Positions 37,593-50,580 are shown, counted from the first letter of the stretch. The stretch is DNA of 54,660 nt from Intoshia linei (GCA_001642005.1 LWCA01000104.1:1-54660), one strand, 5' to 3'. Program-made: numbers and translations. The notes: generated by a model from the letters alone, not told the origin.

Positions 37593-37900
37593 AAATTATA
37601 TTGTTGAAAAGTGGTACATCTCCGGGTAAAAATGACTAAAATCAATTATTTAACAGCTTTTGGATACAATTAAACCGGGATCAACTATTTAAAGAATTTA
37701 AGTCTACTAAAGACCCACGTATTGAAGAAAATATCTTGAAAGAAAAAAGTATCATGGATTCAAACAAAGAAGGAAAGTGCAATGTGGAATCTATTGTCAA
37801 TTATTGTGAATGCAATGAAACACTCTGCAACGCTTCGATCAGTACCAGCTATTCTATCTTTATGTTATTGAGTCTATATGTTTTTTATATTGATAAATAA
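37593..37900 (+). pseudogene. Ly6/uPAR-like copy 3, pseudogene (last exon recognisable)
   Basis: Paralog of the copy 2 last exon (ILLKSGTSPGKND*NQLFNSFW...YCECNETLCNAS). It has an in-frame TAA at 37637-37639 and a Cys-to-Gly change; the upstream exons are not recognisable. Confidence 0.75.
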
Positions 37901-38639
37901 TCAATAAAAACTTAACTAATTAAATTTGACGCTAATCACAAAAATAATATATTGGAAAATTTCTTATTTTCAAATGTAGATTGGAAAGTTAACACTATTT
38001 TTTATACCAGTGTATGTCTTAAAAGCTCAAATCATTGTTGTGTAGTCAGACCGATAATCGATACCCAGAAAACTTAAGGCTACATTTTCTCAAAAATTAT
38101 AAATTTTATGACTTTATTATACAAACGGTATACAAGTTTAAAAGAAATCTTTTCAAGGAAGGCAGATTATGATAATTTTTAAATTTCTTACGAGGCTAGA
38201 CCAACTTTGAAATTAGTGTAACAAAATAATTCTTGGAGTTTTATTTGATTTTTGTTTTTTAAAACATTTATTTAAACACAATTTTATACCGACACCATAT
38301 TAAAATCGTCTAAATTGATTTTATCCAAAATTTTACACCATTTACCTATGTTTGTGTAATTTTCTTCATAAAAATTGCTTTCTACCGTGACAAGTGAATT
38401 GTCATCTAAAATTAAGAATTATATTTTTCAATATATTTCAACAATTTTTGAAACGAAAAAATTTACAACAAAAATAAAATTCGGTGCCGCGCAAAAGGTC
38501 AAACTAAATGTAATTAAAAATATCCACCTTTACGGAAAAATTTTATTTGGTAAACAGTAAAATGGTTTTTCTCACAAAGTGCAAAATAATTGCATAGTCC
38601 GTAGAGATATATAACATTAAAAAAAGTTTTAAAATTCAT

Positions 38640-41600
38640 TCATTTTATTTTGACGCTTACAACGCAAGTATCAAGTTTAGTCCTCTTTTGATAAACCCTG
38701 TTATAATTCATATTGTATAAATTACTAGAAATCATAATTATAGTTTCACGAGATTGGTTAGGCTGTATACAAATATGAAAATATTTCGTTTCCACTGTAG
38801 ATTCTAAAATATAAATAAAACCCATACTATTTTGTATTAATTACCAATGTCTGATATCACAAAACTATCAAAATCGTATTGATTGTAGTCATCATAAAAA
38901 CCATAACTAGATATGGCATTAAGCTTTATTCTGTAAATCCCTGGTGCCAGTAAACGATGATAATAATGCCTTCTACAATCTAAATAAATAATCAACATTT
39001 GGCAGACAAACTGTTCAATCCGGTACGTTATGGTTTTATGTGAAAAAAATATTATTAAAAATTATCCATTATCTGTAAAATGTTATACATTGATTTAATT
39101 AAAAGTGGGATCATGGGATATTGAATATTCACATACTTCCGTTTCATAATCTTATTTTAATTAAAATTTACACAATACCATAATAACTAATATATTAATT
39201 TACACAATATAATGTAATTAGAAACCATGAATAATTACGTTATGTATTAATACCATTTTATATAAATGTTAATATCAAACCCATTTTAAGAGGATTTTCA
39301 ATTAATGCATAATCATTTCCTATTCTAATATAAATATCCATCCAAGCAAATAAATAATATTTTGGATTCATATCAAGGTATACTGTAATTCTTTCTTTCA
39401 GCTAAAAGTTTTATTAAAACATGAATAAATAAAATAGTTTTTATTTTTTTTATATACAAAACTTTGACTACCTTTTTAGGCGACGATACCAAATTTTTAA
39501 AATTTTTCTACATCGTTTCTCATCAGTGAGTCAGAAAATGATAACGTCAAAACACAGAAAGTGACGATGTATGTGTATGTGCTTAATAACACTGTTTATA
39601 TAATTTTTTACTTAGCTTCTCAAACATTTCAGAATAGGAATCGTCGCACCACTAGTTTTAACGGTAAAAAAATTTAGTATAACCATTCGTGGAAAGAATA
39701 ACAACGCGTCTTTGTATGCTTTCCACATTTTTTCTAATTTATGGGTTGAAAATGGAAATTTATCTTCATTCAATTCAACCGTTAATTCGAAACAACTTGC
39801 ATTTATATAATTATAATCTTGCATTCCTAAATAATGGAAAAAATAAATAAATAATCTACAAAAATGCCTCCATTCACGGGATACCATTGAGCTCCATTTG
39901 TAATGCCTTCATTGTTATTATAAAATGATGGAACAGTCTGGTTTTTAGGTATATTGTGATGTTCCTTCATGGAAGGTGCCAATTTCACAAATTGTTTCGC
40001 CAAGCGTCTATGTTTAAAACATTTAGTTTTAACCGTACAATATACTCTATTAAATCAACTACTCAATCAAAAATTACTTACACAAACGTTTTATGGTCTG
40101 GTGTAGGAGAAAACGTAGTAGTACCAAATTCGCTAGTATCGAAAGGGTAATTAACAACACGGTCTCCACCATGAAAATTTAAAGATAATGTGAATTGATA
40201 ATCATGAAGCCATTTCATCACCATTCTAGTTTCAATCTCTCTCTGTCAAGTATAAATATAAAAGTTTATAATTATAATTCTAACATATAAAACCGTTTGT
40301 TTGCGCTTATGAATGTCTGTGTTACCGTTAAATTAGAAAATTAAGAGTCCTAGAATTCAAAAATATCCAATTTCTAATACAGTTTTTCGAGTGTGGTGCT
40401 GTATCGCAAATTTCATTTCCAAAAATTGAGTTCTTCAGCGTTAAAAATCAAAACTACTCTTTTATTTCTTTTTTTTAATACAAAGAGTATCTTAATTTAA
40501 AAAAAGTATGTAACAAGGGTTTATTATGAATCCACATATATTTATTTTTATTATGCCTTTATTGGATTTTTAAAGGATTTTTACCATTTCTATAACCCAA
40601 AATAAATGATTTCATGTTAAATTTAAACAATTAGAATATCCTACCTTATATAATATGCTACGCGATTTTTGTGTGTGTATGTGTTCAACTTTATTTAAAT
40701 AACTATGCGTCTTAGAATGTTATAAAGTGCACATTTCCATTACAGTTTTTTCCGGGGTGTTTGTAAATTAAATTCTAACCTCCCAAACTCACATATTACG
40801 GGTCAAAAACCCCAATTGTCCTTGTTTTTAAAAATCAAACAAGTTGGAGAATTTAAAAAAATTATATCTTCAGGGCCAAAACCACAAATTACCTTTTTTT
40901 TAATGAAAACAGCCCTAAAATTTAAAAAAATTTACGGGTGGTACAGTTATATCCTGTTAACACACATAATTAATTTCAATCCGAATAAGATACGATTTCA
41001 CGGTCAAAAAAGCATTTTAGTATTCATATATTTTTTTCCGAAATATTTTATTAAAACAAAAAATGTGAAATAATTAACGGTCCGAAAATTAAAAAAAAAG
41101 AAAGATTATTCTGATAGAGCTTATTTCAGTTGATATAAATACAAAAGTTCAACCCGAGAAATCTACGCATTCCCGAAGAAAAATAATTTTCAATATATTA
41201 TCAACCAATATTTTTCAAATATTTCGATTAAAATAAAAATATTAATCCTACAATTTCAAAAAAAAAGTGCATTGAACGTCTAGTCATTTTGAATAAAGAA
41301 ATATGGGTGAAAATCTATATAATTCATTTCTTCGAAATTTTTTTCATTGCTACGCAATTTTTCAATCTCATTGTTATTTTCAAAACATTTTGTTCAAAAT
41401 TTAAATTAAAACTACAACGAATTACTAAAAGTAATACAACTTTGTTATTATCATTTTTATATTTTAGAGTTCCTAGTTTTTATATAAGAGATTTAAAATG
41501 ATCAACCCCACATCAATATCTTTTTTAAATAGTTTAATGTCGAACTGTACTTAATTAGGCTGACCATATTTTTGTCGTACTAAAAGTAGTACTTTTATTG

Positions 41601-43036
41601 CTTAGAAACAAAATATGTTTTTGATTAATTTTTGATTAATTTTTGATTGCAATTTTAAAACTTTGTTTTTAATGAAAACGGTTTTTTTGCTGGCGATACT
41701 AATAGGATGATAGTGTTCCATGCAAAAATTGGTAATAGTTTGACATGCTTCATGATAGTTTTGATACTTATCGTTTATTAGTAATTGAACCATGTGTGAA
41801 CGATAATTTCAATAAAAATAAATTAATCTTCAAAATCTGATCTGCAAATGGATTCTTTCTTTTTGATTTAATTTTTGATTTTGAAAAATGAAAATTTAAG
41901 TTAAATTTCAATTTATAAGTTTATTTAGTTTTGAAAAGTACGCCAAAAGTCGTACAGAAGTACCAGAAGGTCGCACTAATATAACAGACAATCTAGTTTT
42001 ATAGAAATTTTTGACAATGTCACTGTGAGAGTCAAAAGTACTTTCTCAATTTCGATCATTTACTCGTTTTTGAACCATTTTATTGTATGTTTACTACAAT
42101 TTTCCTCATGTGTAATAGTGTGTTCGATACTTCTTTAGAATTACAAACAAACACGATGTATAATAACAATTAAAAATTACTTGACTGTATTTTAAATCCA
42201 ATGGGATACACAATAAACTGATATAATTTCTAAGATATAATTGCGTCAAATTTGGAAAATTTCGATTCAAATCTTTGTTATTTCCATTATTTCGACCTCG
42301 CAACCACTCGTCACTTTTATCCTAATTTAGAAATAACTAACATATTCGATTTATGGTATGTTTATTTAATTTTAGTTTTACGCAATTTTTTTCTACCAAA
42401 GTTTCACATTTTATTATATTCAAAAAATCACCCTATTAAAAAACCCCTTTAAACTCAAAAAAGTTACAATGTTATTTATAAATCTCTAAAGAAATGTAGT
42501 AAAATTGTTTTACGCGTAATATATTGGTATGAGTTTTAATTTCATAATGTAAACCATATGCAATTTCGTAGCCGTCAGGATTCATGGAAGGCATAATATG
42601 CAACCTGTACCCACCAATAATCTTCCAGAAATAAGTAGGTTCATCAATATACACTTGACACAACTCGTCCATTAATTTAAGACACAATTCACGTCCCACA
42701 ATTTCGTTTCCATGCATATTTGACACATATTTAACATTGGGTAATTCTAATATAAAAAGATAAAAAAACTGATAAAAGTAAAAATTTACTTTTAATATCT
42801 CTGTCGTTTAATCGTTTATCAAAAAATTCAATTACATACAATTTGCGACCTTGACTAGTAGTATTATGTCCCAAATAATCATCAAGAGTGTAAACCCTAG
42901 AAACATTAATGCAGCGGGAATGTATTTTCAACAAAACATTAACTAGAGATTCATAATTGTGGTCGCCAAATTTATATACATCGGCTTGAAATTGATTAAT
43001 TAATAGTAGAATTATAAAATTTAAAAATTTTATCAT
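38640..43036 (-). CDS. Zinc metallocarboxypeptidase, M14B (carboxypeptidase E/D/N-like); multi-exon
   Basis: Signal peptide from ATG 43036; HNYESL; SNMHGNEIVGRE (Zn His/Glu); MPSMNPDGYE; GRNNGNNKDLNRNFP; LNFHGGDRVVNYPFD (Zn His); GITNGAQWYPVNGGMQDYNY...CFELTVEL (catalytic Glu); YYRLLAPGIY (transthyretin-like domain). The 3' exons are less certain. Confidence 0.92.
40639..41460 (+). mobile_element. Non-autonomous Helitron-like element, 5' portion, in a carboxypeptidase intron
   Basis: The start A|TCCTACCTTATATAATATGC followed by a GT-rich tract is typical of Helitron 5' ends. Region 41150-41400 is similar to 47105-47360, whose copy ends in hairpin plus CTAG. Confidence 0.55.
41557..41978. mobile_element. 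Degraded hAT (TAGGGTGACCA-type) MITE
   Basis: Left end TAGGCTGACCAT, right end GGTCGCACTA, with repeated AAAAGT(A/C)GTAC subterminal motifs. No TSD seen. Confidence 0.4.
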
Positions 43037-43498
43037 TAGAATTTTCGAGTTTCTCAAAATACACTAGTTTCTATTAGTTTTCCAATAAAATGTAATTTGG
43101 CACACATTTTTTTAGTCTATTTTCAATTTTTTCGTATATTTATAATTTCGTTTTAGTCAGTTAAACGTTTGTGATCATTATAATTATCACGAATTATACA
43201 TTTGGAAAATTTAAGATTAAATTAATCATTAATGCATTTATCATAAGTGAATAAATTTTATGTCATTCTATAATTTTGCATTAAAATAAAGAACTAAAAT
43301 TGTTAGGTGTACTGTATAAATCAATTTGGTTACTAATAACAAAATCTATTGCACATGAATGCCATGATACCTATACTGATAGCTACATTTTAAAGTGGAA
43401 AATTAATTTTTTCCGACACATTTCACATAATGATTTAAGATTAACAATTTATTTACAGTAGAATCATTATATAAAATATTATTTTCAAAGGTTTTGAT

Positions 43499-44085
43499 AT
43501 GAAAATTGTATTTGTACATATTTGGCTGATTTTCTCGTTTATTTGTACCACTTATTCACAAAATGAAATTCTGGCTGATAATAACTATTCAAATGCGGTA
43601 AAGTTTAAAAATTGTACATTGAATGATACTGATTTAAATTCAACAAATACAAATAAATCTCTATGTAATACAAATTCAACAGAATACAAAATTATTGACA
43701 CGAAAGATGTTAATTTATCGTCAAACACTCTTATTGTAGGATTTCTGACGGTAGCTTCCGCCGGATTTCTTGTTATTTTGATGATTCTTGTTTGTCATTA
43801 TAGGTATTTTTAACAAAGTTATTGCAGTGTTAACCAGAAACGTTTAATATCACGATGGTGACGCTGATGTTTAGGAAGCAAGTAACTGGGTAACACTCAT
43901 TTTTTTTTTATTCCAACTTTATATAATTTTATAGAAAAAAATGTGGAGATAAACGAACTCGTCGATACGGAATATTGTCTGATGATACTAGTGATCTCGA
44001 AATAGCACCATTAGACCAATTTGATGATAGTGATGATGAAGACATGACTTTATATGAGGTTAATAATATTCCAGTTAATCAATGA
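43499..44085 (+). CDS. FAM174: FAM174-like (DUF1180) type I membrane protein; exons 43499-43803 and 43935-44085
   Basis: Signal peptide, N-glycosylation-site-rich stalk, one TM helix, then KRTRRYGILSDDTSDLEIAPLDQFDDSDDEDMTLYEV, which matches the FAM174 tail (KTRRYGVL...ELxPL...DDEDxTLF). Confidence 0.88.
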
Positions 44086-44171
44086 GTATAACCCAAATTG
44101 TATATACAAGAGTATAATAAATATTTATTTATAAATCTACTAGTGTCGGGTTTTGTCTCAAGAAAAATTTA

Positions 44172-46747
44172 TATTGGATAAAATTGTTCAAAACTAAATA
44201 ATATCGTTTTTACTCGAATGTACTCGGAACAACTTAATTTAACTGTTGACAACTCGATACAACTTTGAACAATTCTGTTTTCAATTGAAATGACATTAAA
44301 TTATTTAAATATCTGTCAATCCGAGATGTATGACACAATTTCATTTTAATTATACTATTTGTGTTTTCACATGTTTTTTTCAATAATTTAATTTTTTACA
44401 ACAGATGTTAAATTAAATTTTATAATTTACATTCACGCGAACTAGAGAATTGAAAACAAGTTACAGACTACAATTTTCTTGATTTATATTGTTAAAAAAA
44501 TATTTTTTTATAAAAAGTATACCGTGCTATTTATTTGGTAATATCAATATTTACAATGAATTAAATACATTTATAGTTTTAATGTCCAACCCTAATCGAT
44601 CCTTATTGAATAGCGTTTTGAGAGCTATTGACGAGGGGGAAGATGCAATTGAAAATGTGGATATTGTTGATAACATAGAAATTAAAATTGATTTCAGTGG
44701 TCCTATTTATAAATTTATTTCACAGAATGATGCCTTTTTGGATATTACCGGATTTCATAAAATGGAACTGGAACTACTGTATCACAGTTTAATTGGATTC
44801 CTAGTTGACTATAGAAGACGAAGTCCTTCGCCTAAAATTAAAGGGATAGATCTATTAATTTTGACATTGCACTGTGACATTGCTAAAAACCGCTACAACT
44901 ATGCGAGTCATCACTAAGATATTTGGATTAAGTAGCGTACAAACAGTAAAGAAGGCAATTGATAGAATGAGGGCTACACTTTACGATTGCGTAAAGAACA
45001 AATGGTGGAAAAATAGAAAACGACCGATCTATGTTGGTATTGATGATTTTCCCAACGTTGCTTTGTTGGGAGACTCTACAACAGTAAGAATCCAAAAACC
45101 ATGCAATGGCGTAGTCAAACATAAATTATATTGGGATGGAAAAAATCGAACATATGGCGTAAAGAAAGAAGTAGCTATAATGGCCCATTCTCCTTATTAT
45201 GCTTTATTTTCGCAGCCTAAAGGACTGAGTAGTGAACATGATTATAAATTATTTAAAAAATCCTACAAATCTTAAATTCCCTACTTAAAAAGTATTGGTG
45301 GTGAGCTGATAGATGAAGAAACAAATTGGAGTATATTGTTAGGTTCGGGATACTTGGGACCTATCTCTGATAGTCCTGATATATCTAAAATTGCAATGCC
45401 ACGATATTCTCAGTGTATCACAGTTAGCGAAAGTCAAATCTCCGTAGAATGGCTCTGAAACGTGTTCCGGTGGAACAATTCTTTAGAAGACTTAAAAAAT
45501 CGTTTAAGGTATTATTGTTTATTGTTAGAAATTTAGTAAACTAGTTAGGTATACACAAAAAATTGATTCCTTGTAAAACAATTATTTTATGAGTTAGATA
45601 ATTTTATTCAAAAAAATAACTTATTTTAAAAATACCCTGATCTAACTAACTAGTTGAATAACTAGTTTGTTTATAATATTTATTTTAACTAAATTTTAAA
45701 TCTTAGATATTGTCAGGAGTTTACTCGTTTGATAGAATTCACTTTGATGTTGATTTTGACATATGCGTATTATTGACAAATGAATTAATATCGAGAAATA
45801 ACTTAAACGAAAGTGATCATACGTACCAGATTAAACTGATGTCTGTCCAAAAGCAACGTGAACGCGAAAAAGTATTAAAGCGAAAAAAATCATCTGATCG
45901 CTACAAGGAAAGATCGTCTATGAGAAATGATCTTGACAATTCATTATCAACCCAATATAGTGATATTTTATATTAATTAAATGTTTTATATCTTGAATTA
46001 GTATTATTGTGCATTTCCAATCCTCAATTTATATATTATATTAATCTAAAATTATAATTTCAAAATTTTTCGTCTATATTACATTATCCTGTTTTTATTT
46101 TTAGATAGGATTGGGCCCTAGTGATTCTAAAACTAATTTATTGATATTAAATTTTAAATTCTTCCACAACATTAAATCACTGTTCATGAATAATGGCATT
46201 AGAGTAATATTTTTGTAAATTTAAAGCTTAAATTTCGAGTTTTGTAAAAAAATAATTGAAAATTCCCATTCAAGAATTTAATGAAAAATACCTCCCATGT
46301 AAGATTTCGTATAAAAATTATCCTTCAAGGGTTTGGTCAAAAATATGTTCATAATATGCAATTTTAGACTTATTTACCGTTTCCTGTTGTGAAATGTCAA
46401 TGTTGAAAAATTTCCAACCTTTCCAAATCTAAACAACGACCAAATAAGTTCAAAACATTAAATCATTTCATAAAATATTGATCTAATTCGTAGAAATCAA
46501 TTCGACGGTTTTAATGAATTAATAATAAAAATACTGACCATTATAATTATTAGGTGGATAATCTCACAAATTGTCATTTGCATAGTAGTTTTATAATAGT
46601 ATACTGTTTACTATTGAGTAATCACAACAAATTTAATTTGTAAACATACTGATAAAAATAACTGAATACAACCGAGTTGTCAACAGTTAAATTAAATTTT
46701 TCCGAGTAAAAACGATAGTATTTAGTTTTAAACAATTTTATCCATTG
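44172..46747 (+). mobile_element. About 2.6-kb DNA transposon with long TIRs and an inactivated IS5-like (DDE_Tnp_4; PIF/Harbinger/ISL2EU-related) transposase
   Basis: TIRs at 44172-44278 and 46673-46747 (TGGATAAAATTGTT..AAAACTAAATA.TATCGTTTTTACTCG...TTAATTTAACTGTTGACAACTCG), flanked by TA on both sides. The transposase (44582-45976) reads LLGDSTTVRIQKP, YWDGKNRTYGVKKEV, EHD, ILLGSGYLGP, RVPVEQFF.RLK, with frameshifts, a stop and one intron. Confidence 0.8.
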
Positions 46748-46799
46748 TATATAGTTTTTATTTCAAATGTAAATTTTTCATAAATTAAATCCTTAACTT

Positions 46800-47917
46800 G
46801 ACTAAAAATGAATGTTTGTGTGTGCAACCATTTATTGAAAAAATTAACATCGCAGGATTTAAAAAACTTAATTTCTAATATGGTTTTTATCCATTTTTCA
46901 GTTTCAGAATTTTAGTCCTTTAGAGTCAAAAACCAAACTTCCCCTTTTGTTTAAAAAAAATACCCCAAAAATTTAAAACATACATTCTGGAACGCGTTTT
47001 AAAAGAATTAACATTGTCGTTAATCTCAGCCTCAGAAAAACGTACCTTCATGGTCAAAAACACACATTACTCTTTGTTTTAAAAATAAAACATCCTCAAA
47101 ATTTCAACCCCAGAAAACTACGAATTCCCGGTGAAAAATAATTTTTAATATATATTTCAACCATTTCGATTGACAAAATAAAATAAAAATTGACAATGTA
47201 AATATTGATCCTACAATTTCAACAAAAATGTGCATTGAACGTCTACACATTTCCAATAACGAAATATGGGTGAAAATCTATATAATTCATTCCTTCGGAA
47301 TTTTTTTGATTGCTACGCAATTTTTAAATTTCAAATTTTCATTTTCAAAACATTTGTATTAAAACATTCAAATTTAAATAAGAAACTAAAAAAAATTTGT
47401 TTATATCATTTTTATATTACAATACTTTGCAATAATGCTAAAATTCGACTGAAATGTTTATAAATTGAAGATTCAGTTAATTATTGATACACAATTGGTA
47501 TTTTTAAGTATTTATTAAATTTGTACTAAATATGTGATCACATTGAAAATGACAAAATAGGTTTTTATAATTTTATTTTTTCAGGAATTTATGTATTTAT
47601 GACAATTTTTAGGATTGACTGTTCTTACTTTATTTTTAATATTATACACACCTTCTTTGTAACAAAATACAAAAATGGATAAGTCAATAAAGATTAAAAA
47701 TTCTTTACAGAAATGTTGACAAAATGAATTTAAAGTGGAATAATTCACTTTAAATTAAAACTTAATGTGATATAATGGGTACAAGTGTAACAATAGTGAA
47801 TAGTAGCATTTGTAAGTTACATTTTGTTATTGAATTTATTATTTTGGTAGAATAAAAATATCCACCATCGGCAGAGTTAGGATGTTGTTTGTACGAAGTA
47901 CATAACAGTCAAGCTAG
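46800..47917 (+). mobile_element. Non-autonomous Helitron-like element with 3' end
   Basis: Ends in the hairpin TGTTTGTAC-GAA-GTACATAACA followed by CTAG|T (47914-47917). Internal blocks are shared with 28385-28500 and 41150-41400. Confidence 0.65.
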
Positions 47918-48483
47918 TGTTAAAATATATTACAAACATATGATACTATTTATATAGATAATGGACAATTTTATAAAATGTTTCATTTAGGTTGGCAATG
48001 AAGCTTTTTTTTTTATTTAAGTTCTTAATATTTTTCCATATGCCCAATTGTTTTGATATGGCATAATTTTCATTTTTCATCAACTTTTTCCATTCTTTTT
48101 CCAAATTTCTAATTTTTCCTTTTATTTTTATTTTATCTAATTCAGCATAATCCAAGGAGCCATATCCCAGCTTTAAGAGTTCCATATTAATGTTTTTTGT
48201 AAATAAATAATTCTAAAACCAAAATTTTTTAAATAAAATCAAAATTAAGGTGTTGGTATTGGTACAAAGGGTATCTTAAAACTACTCGTTTTTATATAAA
48301 TGTGGGGTAATGATGGAAAACATTGGGAACCTTTAAATACACAATATAGCTAATTAATTTGTAATTACGAATTAAAGAATTTTTTAGAAAATTCAAATAT
48401 TTTTACATTTAATATGAACAGTTCATGAACACTATGCTTGTGGTAAAATTCAATATTTGTGAACATTTCTATACTTCCAACTA

Positions 48484-48658
48484 CAGTAAACTCTGTCTAT
48501 AAGAATGGTTTTGAATATTTCCATAGTTTAGTAAATTTTCTGCACTAACGTACTAATATTTTCAATTGATATGACTATAACTTACTAATTTACTAACTAA
48601 TGTTCGACTCCATCTATAAGAACAACTCAAAAGCTGTTCTTATAGAGAGAGTTTACTG
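48484..48658. mobile_element. Tc1/mariner-pogo type MITE (175 bp)
   Basis: 22-bp TIRs CAGTAAACTCTGTCTATAAGAA / TTCTTATAGAGAGAGTTTACTG (one mismatch), with a TA TSD on both sides. Confidence 0.9.
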
Positions 48659-48715
48659 TATTGCATATGACATATACCATATGTAGTAGATAACTGATAT
48701 AGTGTTAATATAGAT

Positions 48716-48998
48716 CAAGGGTCCACAACCTTTCCATCAATTCAGCCGCAAAGCTACTTTACGCATTTATACAACGGCCGCACAAAATTTAAATTGACAT
48801 TGAAAGAGTTTAAATCCGTTTTGATAAAAATATTTCCCTTGAATTTGAAGTAAAATGATATATTTCATGCTAAGTATTATAATATGAAAAACTTTGGAAA
48901 GGCATTTTTAGTGTTGGATAGTGTTATAATGGCATGGATTGCCCACGGCCCCACATAAATACTCTTACAACCGTAAGGCCGCAGGTTGTGCACCCCTG
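48716..48998. mobile_element. hAT-type MITE (283 bp)
   Basis: TIRs CAAGGGTCCACAACCT / AGGTTGTGCACCCCTG, GGCCGC subterminal motifs, 8-bp TSD ATATAGAT / ATATAGAC. Confidence 0.85.
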
Positions 48999-49742
48999 AT
49001 ATAGACATTGCCGCAACAGTTAGTTAGTTAATTATTACTGTTTTATAAAGAAATATTGATAGTTCGTTTTCTACAGTCACCACACTAAAATACAATAGAT
49101 TTTTTTGTAATTTAAGGTATAATTCTCCATTTTTTGTCAAGTTTTTAATTGAGTAAAGTTTACATTTCAAAGGGTCGCTAATACCTAAAAAATTTACTTT
49201 GATATAATTAAGCATAATATATTAAAAATTTTTTGAACTATTTATGTCGTTCTTCAAATCGGCAATGTTTTGTAGTTAAGAATCTCTGAGAACCATTTTG
49301 ATACCCTTAAAATTTTAATATTTTAAATCTTAACTAGTCCAATTCTAATTTTTATTCATTTAGAGATATATCTTGCTTTTTATTCATCCCTCGTGATTTC
49401 ACGGTTGTCATAAATGTACTAACATGTAAATTAGATTACCAGAATTTAATATAGAAATGTTTGGTATTTGATGAATTATCAAATGATGTTGATTATCAAA
49501 TCGTGTAATACTGTCTAATTTACATTTAAATAATATGGGATATCGAATATTGTATTTTGTGAAATCTTCAATGTTTTTGCAAACATAGTTCTAAATATAT
49601 CCTGTAATATTAATAATATTTTAAAGTAAAGTATAAGTATGATATTAAGTAAAGCTTTTTGTTGGTCCGTAAAAATTATAATTAGAAAATTGATTAAATT
49701 TATGGCAAGTCATAATACATGTATAATAGTCCATGTTATAAC

Positions 49743-50580
49743 TAGGGAAATTTATTTATGACCAAAAATTCAAAAAAAATATGACATTTCCCAAAAATAA
49801 TATGACTTTTTATGAAAAATTCATTTATTATAGTACAGCTGATCCCAAATGAAGATACTGTAACCCCTAGGGACACCAGAATATATTTTAGAGTGCCAGC
49901 TCCTCTGATACTATGACTCATAAATTATATATTTTTTTTAAATCCCAAAAATAATTGAAAATAAAAATTAATTTGTAATAATATACTTAGTTCCTTATGT
50001 ATTTACGTCTATTTGATAGTCTCTGCATTTTTAAGATTGTATATTAAATACATTTACGCCCTTATTTCGTCAGTTCAATCATTAACGATTTTTTAGATAT
50101 TCATTTTGGGTCAAGTAAAGTTTTAACAATTTTTTTTTAGCTTAGGGGTACTAATTGTGAAGTATGTTGGGAACCGCTGTTATAGTACAATATAATATAT
50201 TTATAAATATTTGTTTTTAAAAAATTTCTTTCGTCGAATGATATGCTCTTCAACAACGAAAACGGATCTTTTAACACTTGATGATGAGGTTTTACTGTTG
50301 AATAGCTGCGCATAAGTTTTAGGTGATTTGATTTCACACAGTATAATTGAAAATTGTTAATTTATATTATCGTTTTAGGTATATTCGTTAAGAGAATAAA
50401 ATTTTTTTTAAATTATGACTTTAATATTATTATGAAAATTATGTCAGAAATATGACATTTATGACTTTTTAAAAATCGATATACCCCATTAAATGTGTAT
50501 ATTAGAGTTCCCCTCTTACATTTCTAACATTTTTTTATTATTAAAAAAAATAATAATTTTTGATGACATTGTTCGCCCTA
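49743..50580. mobile_element. hAT-type element with TAGGG...CCCTA termini (outer element of a nest)
   Basis: Perfect 8-bp flanking repeat GTTATAAC (49735-49742 and 50581-50588) and multiple TATGAC subterminal repeats. Confidence 0.7.
49836..50179. mobile_element. hAT-type MITE nested in the TAGGG element
   Basis: TIRs CAGCTGATCCCAA / TTGGGAACCGCTG and a perfect 8-bp TSD TTATAGTA (49828-49835 and 50180-50187). Confidence 0.85.

Noticed and set aside
43804-43934. Intronic snoRNA in FAM174, and similar relatively GC-rich patches at 8010-8285
   Set aside because: No canonical C/D boxes with a terminal stem and no H/ACA double hairpin could be identified by eye; an Infernal/Rfam search would be needed.
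3320-45275. Possible TAA reassignment or readthrough (in-frame TAA at 3320, 3762, 37637 and 45273; the one at 37637 aligns with Tyr)
   Set aside because: TCERG1, Derlin, BTBD16, X11 and the MAGUK all end at TAA at their expected C-termini, and the conserved exons I translated have no internal TAA. The interrupted loci also show other signs of decay.
47946-48185. 79-aa Lys-rich minus-strand ORF as a host gene
   Set aside because: It has no recognisable motif and lies among TEs; it is more likely a retroelement remnant or a chance ORF.
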